From OCS116 cluster bacterium AG-390-A19 (GTDB taxonomy: Bacteria > Pseudomonadota > Alphaproteobacteria > MED-G09), in assembly GCA_003278145.1 (NCBI GenBank), contig QCGV01000001.1, positions 11,616 through 75,615 of the forward strand: a stretch of 64,000 nucleotides of DNA, read 5' to 3'. Each line of letters starts with the position of its first letter. Position 1 is the first letter of the stretch. The notes under the pieces were generated by a model. The model did not search any database, was not told where the DNA came from, and saw only the letters and a program-made list of their open reading frames with translations. Positions 63,481-64,000 of this stretch are shown piece after piece. The translations under genes and the position numbers were made by a program.

Positions 63481-64000
63481 ATGAATAAAAAATTAAAACC
63501 AAACTCTTATGCTGCTTTGGATGCAGAAAACCATTTTCATCCATACTCAAATGCTCGAAGAATTGAAGAGCAAGGACCGATGGTGATTTCAGAGGGAGAA
63601 GGTATTTATGTTTGGGGAGACGATGGAAAAAAATACTTAGAGGCAATGGCAGGTCTTTGGTCGGTTGCTGTTGGTTTTGGTGAAGAAAGATTAATTGATG
63701 CTGCTACCAAGCAATTAAGTAAACTTCCGTATTATCCATCTTTTTCCCATAAATCACATCCTGCGGTGGCTGAATTATCTCAAAAATTAGTTGAGATGGT
63801 TGGACTTGATATGAGCAGAGTACATTTTACCAATTCTGGTTCTGAGGCAAATGATACCGCAATGAAATTTGTTTGGTACTATAATAATGCCCTGAATAGA
63901 CCTAAAAAGAAAAAATTTATTTCCAGAATAAAAGCTTATCATGGGATAACGATTGCATCAGGAAGTTTGACAGGAATGCCATTAATGCATAACGATTTTG
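63481..64000 (+). CDS. class III (omega) aminotransferase, 5' part (runs off the right edge; absent from track)
   Basis: Open frame from ATG 63481 to the window end: ...GEGIYVWGDDGKKYLEAMAGLWSVAVGFG...FTNSGSEANDTAMK...YHGITIASGSLTG. Confidence 0.85.
   Translation, partial: MNKKLKPNSYAALDAENHFHPYSNARRIEEQGPMVISEGEGIYVWGDDGKKYLEAMAGLWSVAVGFGEERLIDAATKQLSKLPYYPSFSHKSHPAVAELSQKLVEMVGLDMSRVHFTNSGSEANDTAMKFVWYYNNALNRPKKKKFISRIKAYHGITIASGSLTGMPLMHNDF

Overview
This is a strongly AT-rich (about 30% G+C by eye), very tightly packed bacterial chromosome segment. Three lines of evidence point to a streamlined marine alphaproteobacterium of the Pelagibacterales type: alphaproteobacterial marker families (UPF0262, DUF2948, TIGR02186-like), the synteny secA/argJ/mutT and murA-DUF2948-hisD-UPF0262-infA-yacG, and a tRNA-His with A73 and G1:U72. 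No database search was possible. Core housekeeping blocks (aroK-aroB, xerD, accA, secA, argJ, pyrD; pssA-psd-dcp; murA-hisD-infA) alternate with accessory blocks. The accessory blocks are rich in transporters (3 MFS, 2 GPH, 1 DASS, 2 TonB-dependent receptors, an orphan PhnD-like binding protein), SDR/MDR oxidoreductases and hydrolases. There are three tRNAs (His, Phe, Thr). I saw no CRISPR array, IS element, phage-type integrase or prophage. Three things deserve a second look. (1) A roughly 290-nt, 51% G+C, promoter-to-terminator bounded structured-RNA candidate lies at 37.8-38.1 kb. I cannot assign it to a known family, and two perfect direct DnaA boxes sit immediately upstream. (2) A umuDC operon encodes a UmuD with a 56-residue N-terminal arm carrying a GRPKG (AT-hook-like) motif, and a 22-bp near-palindrome overlies the putative promoter. 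(3) An RTX-like N-terminal module of about 125 residues is shared by a leaderless tandem-cupredoxin protein and a serine hydrolase 15 kb apart. Several genes missing from the ORF track were recovered: yacG, a partial class III aminotransferase at the right edge, and the 5' extension of the left-edge receptor. Several track starts were corrected.
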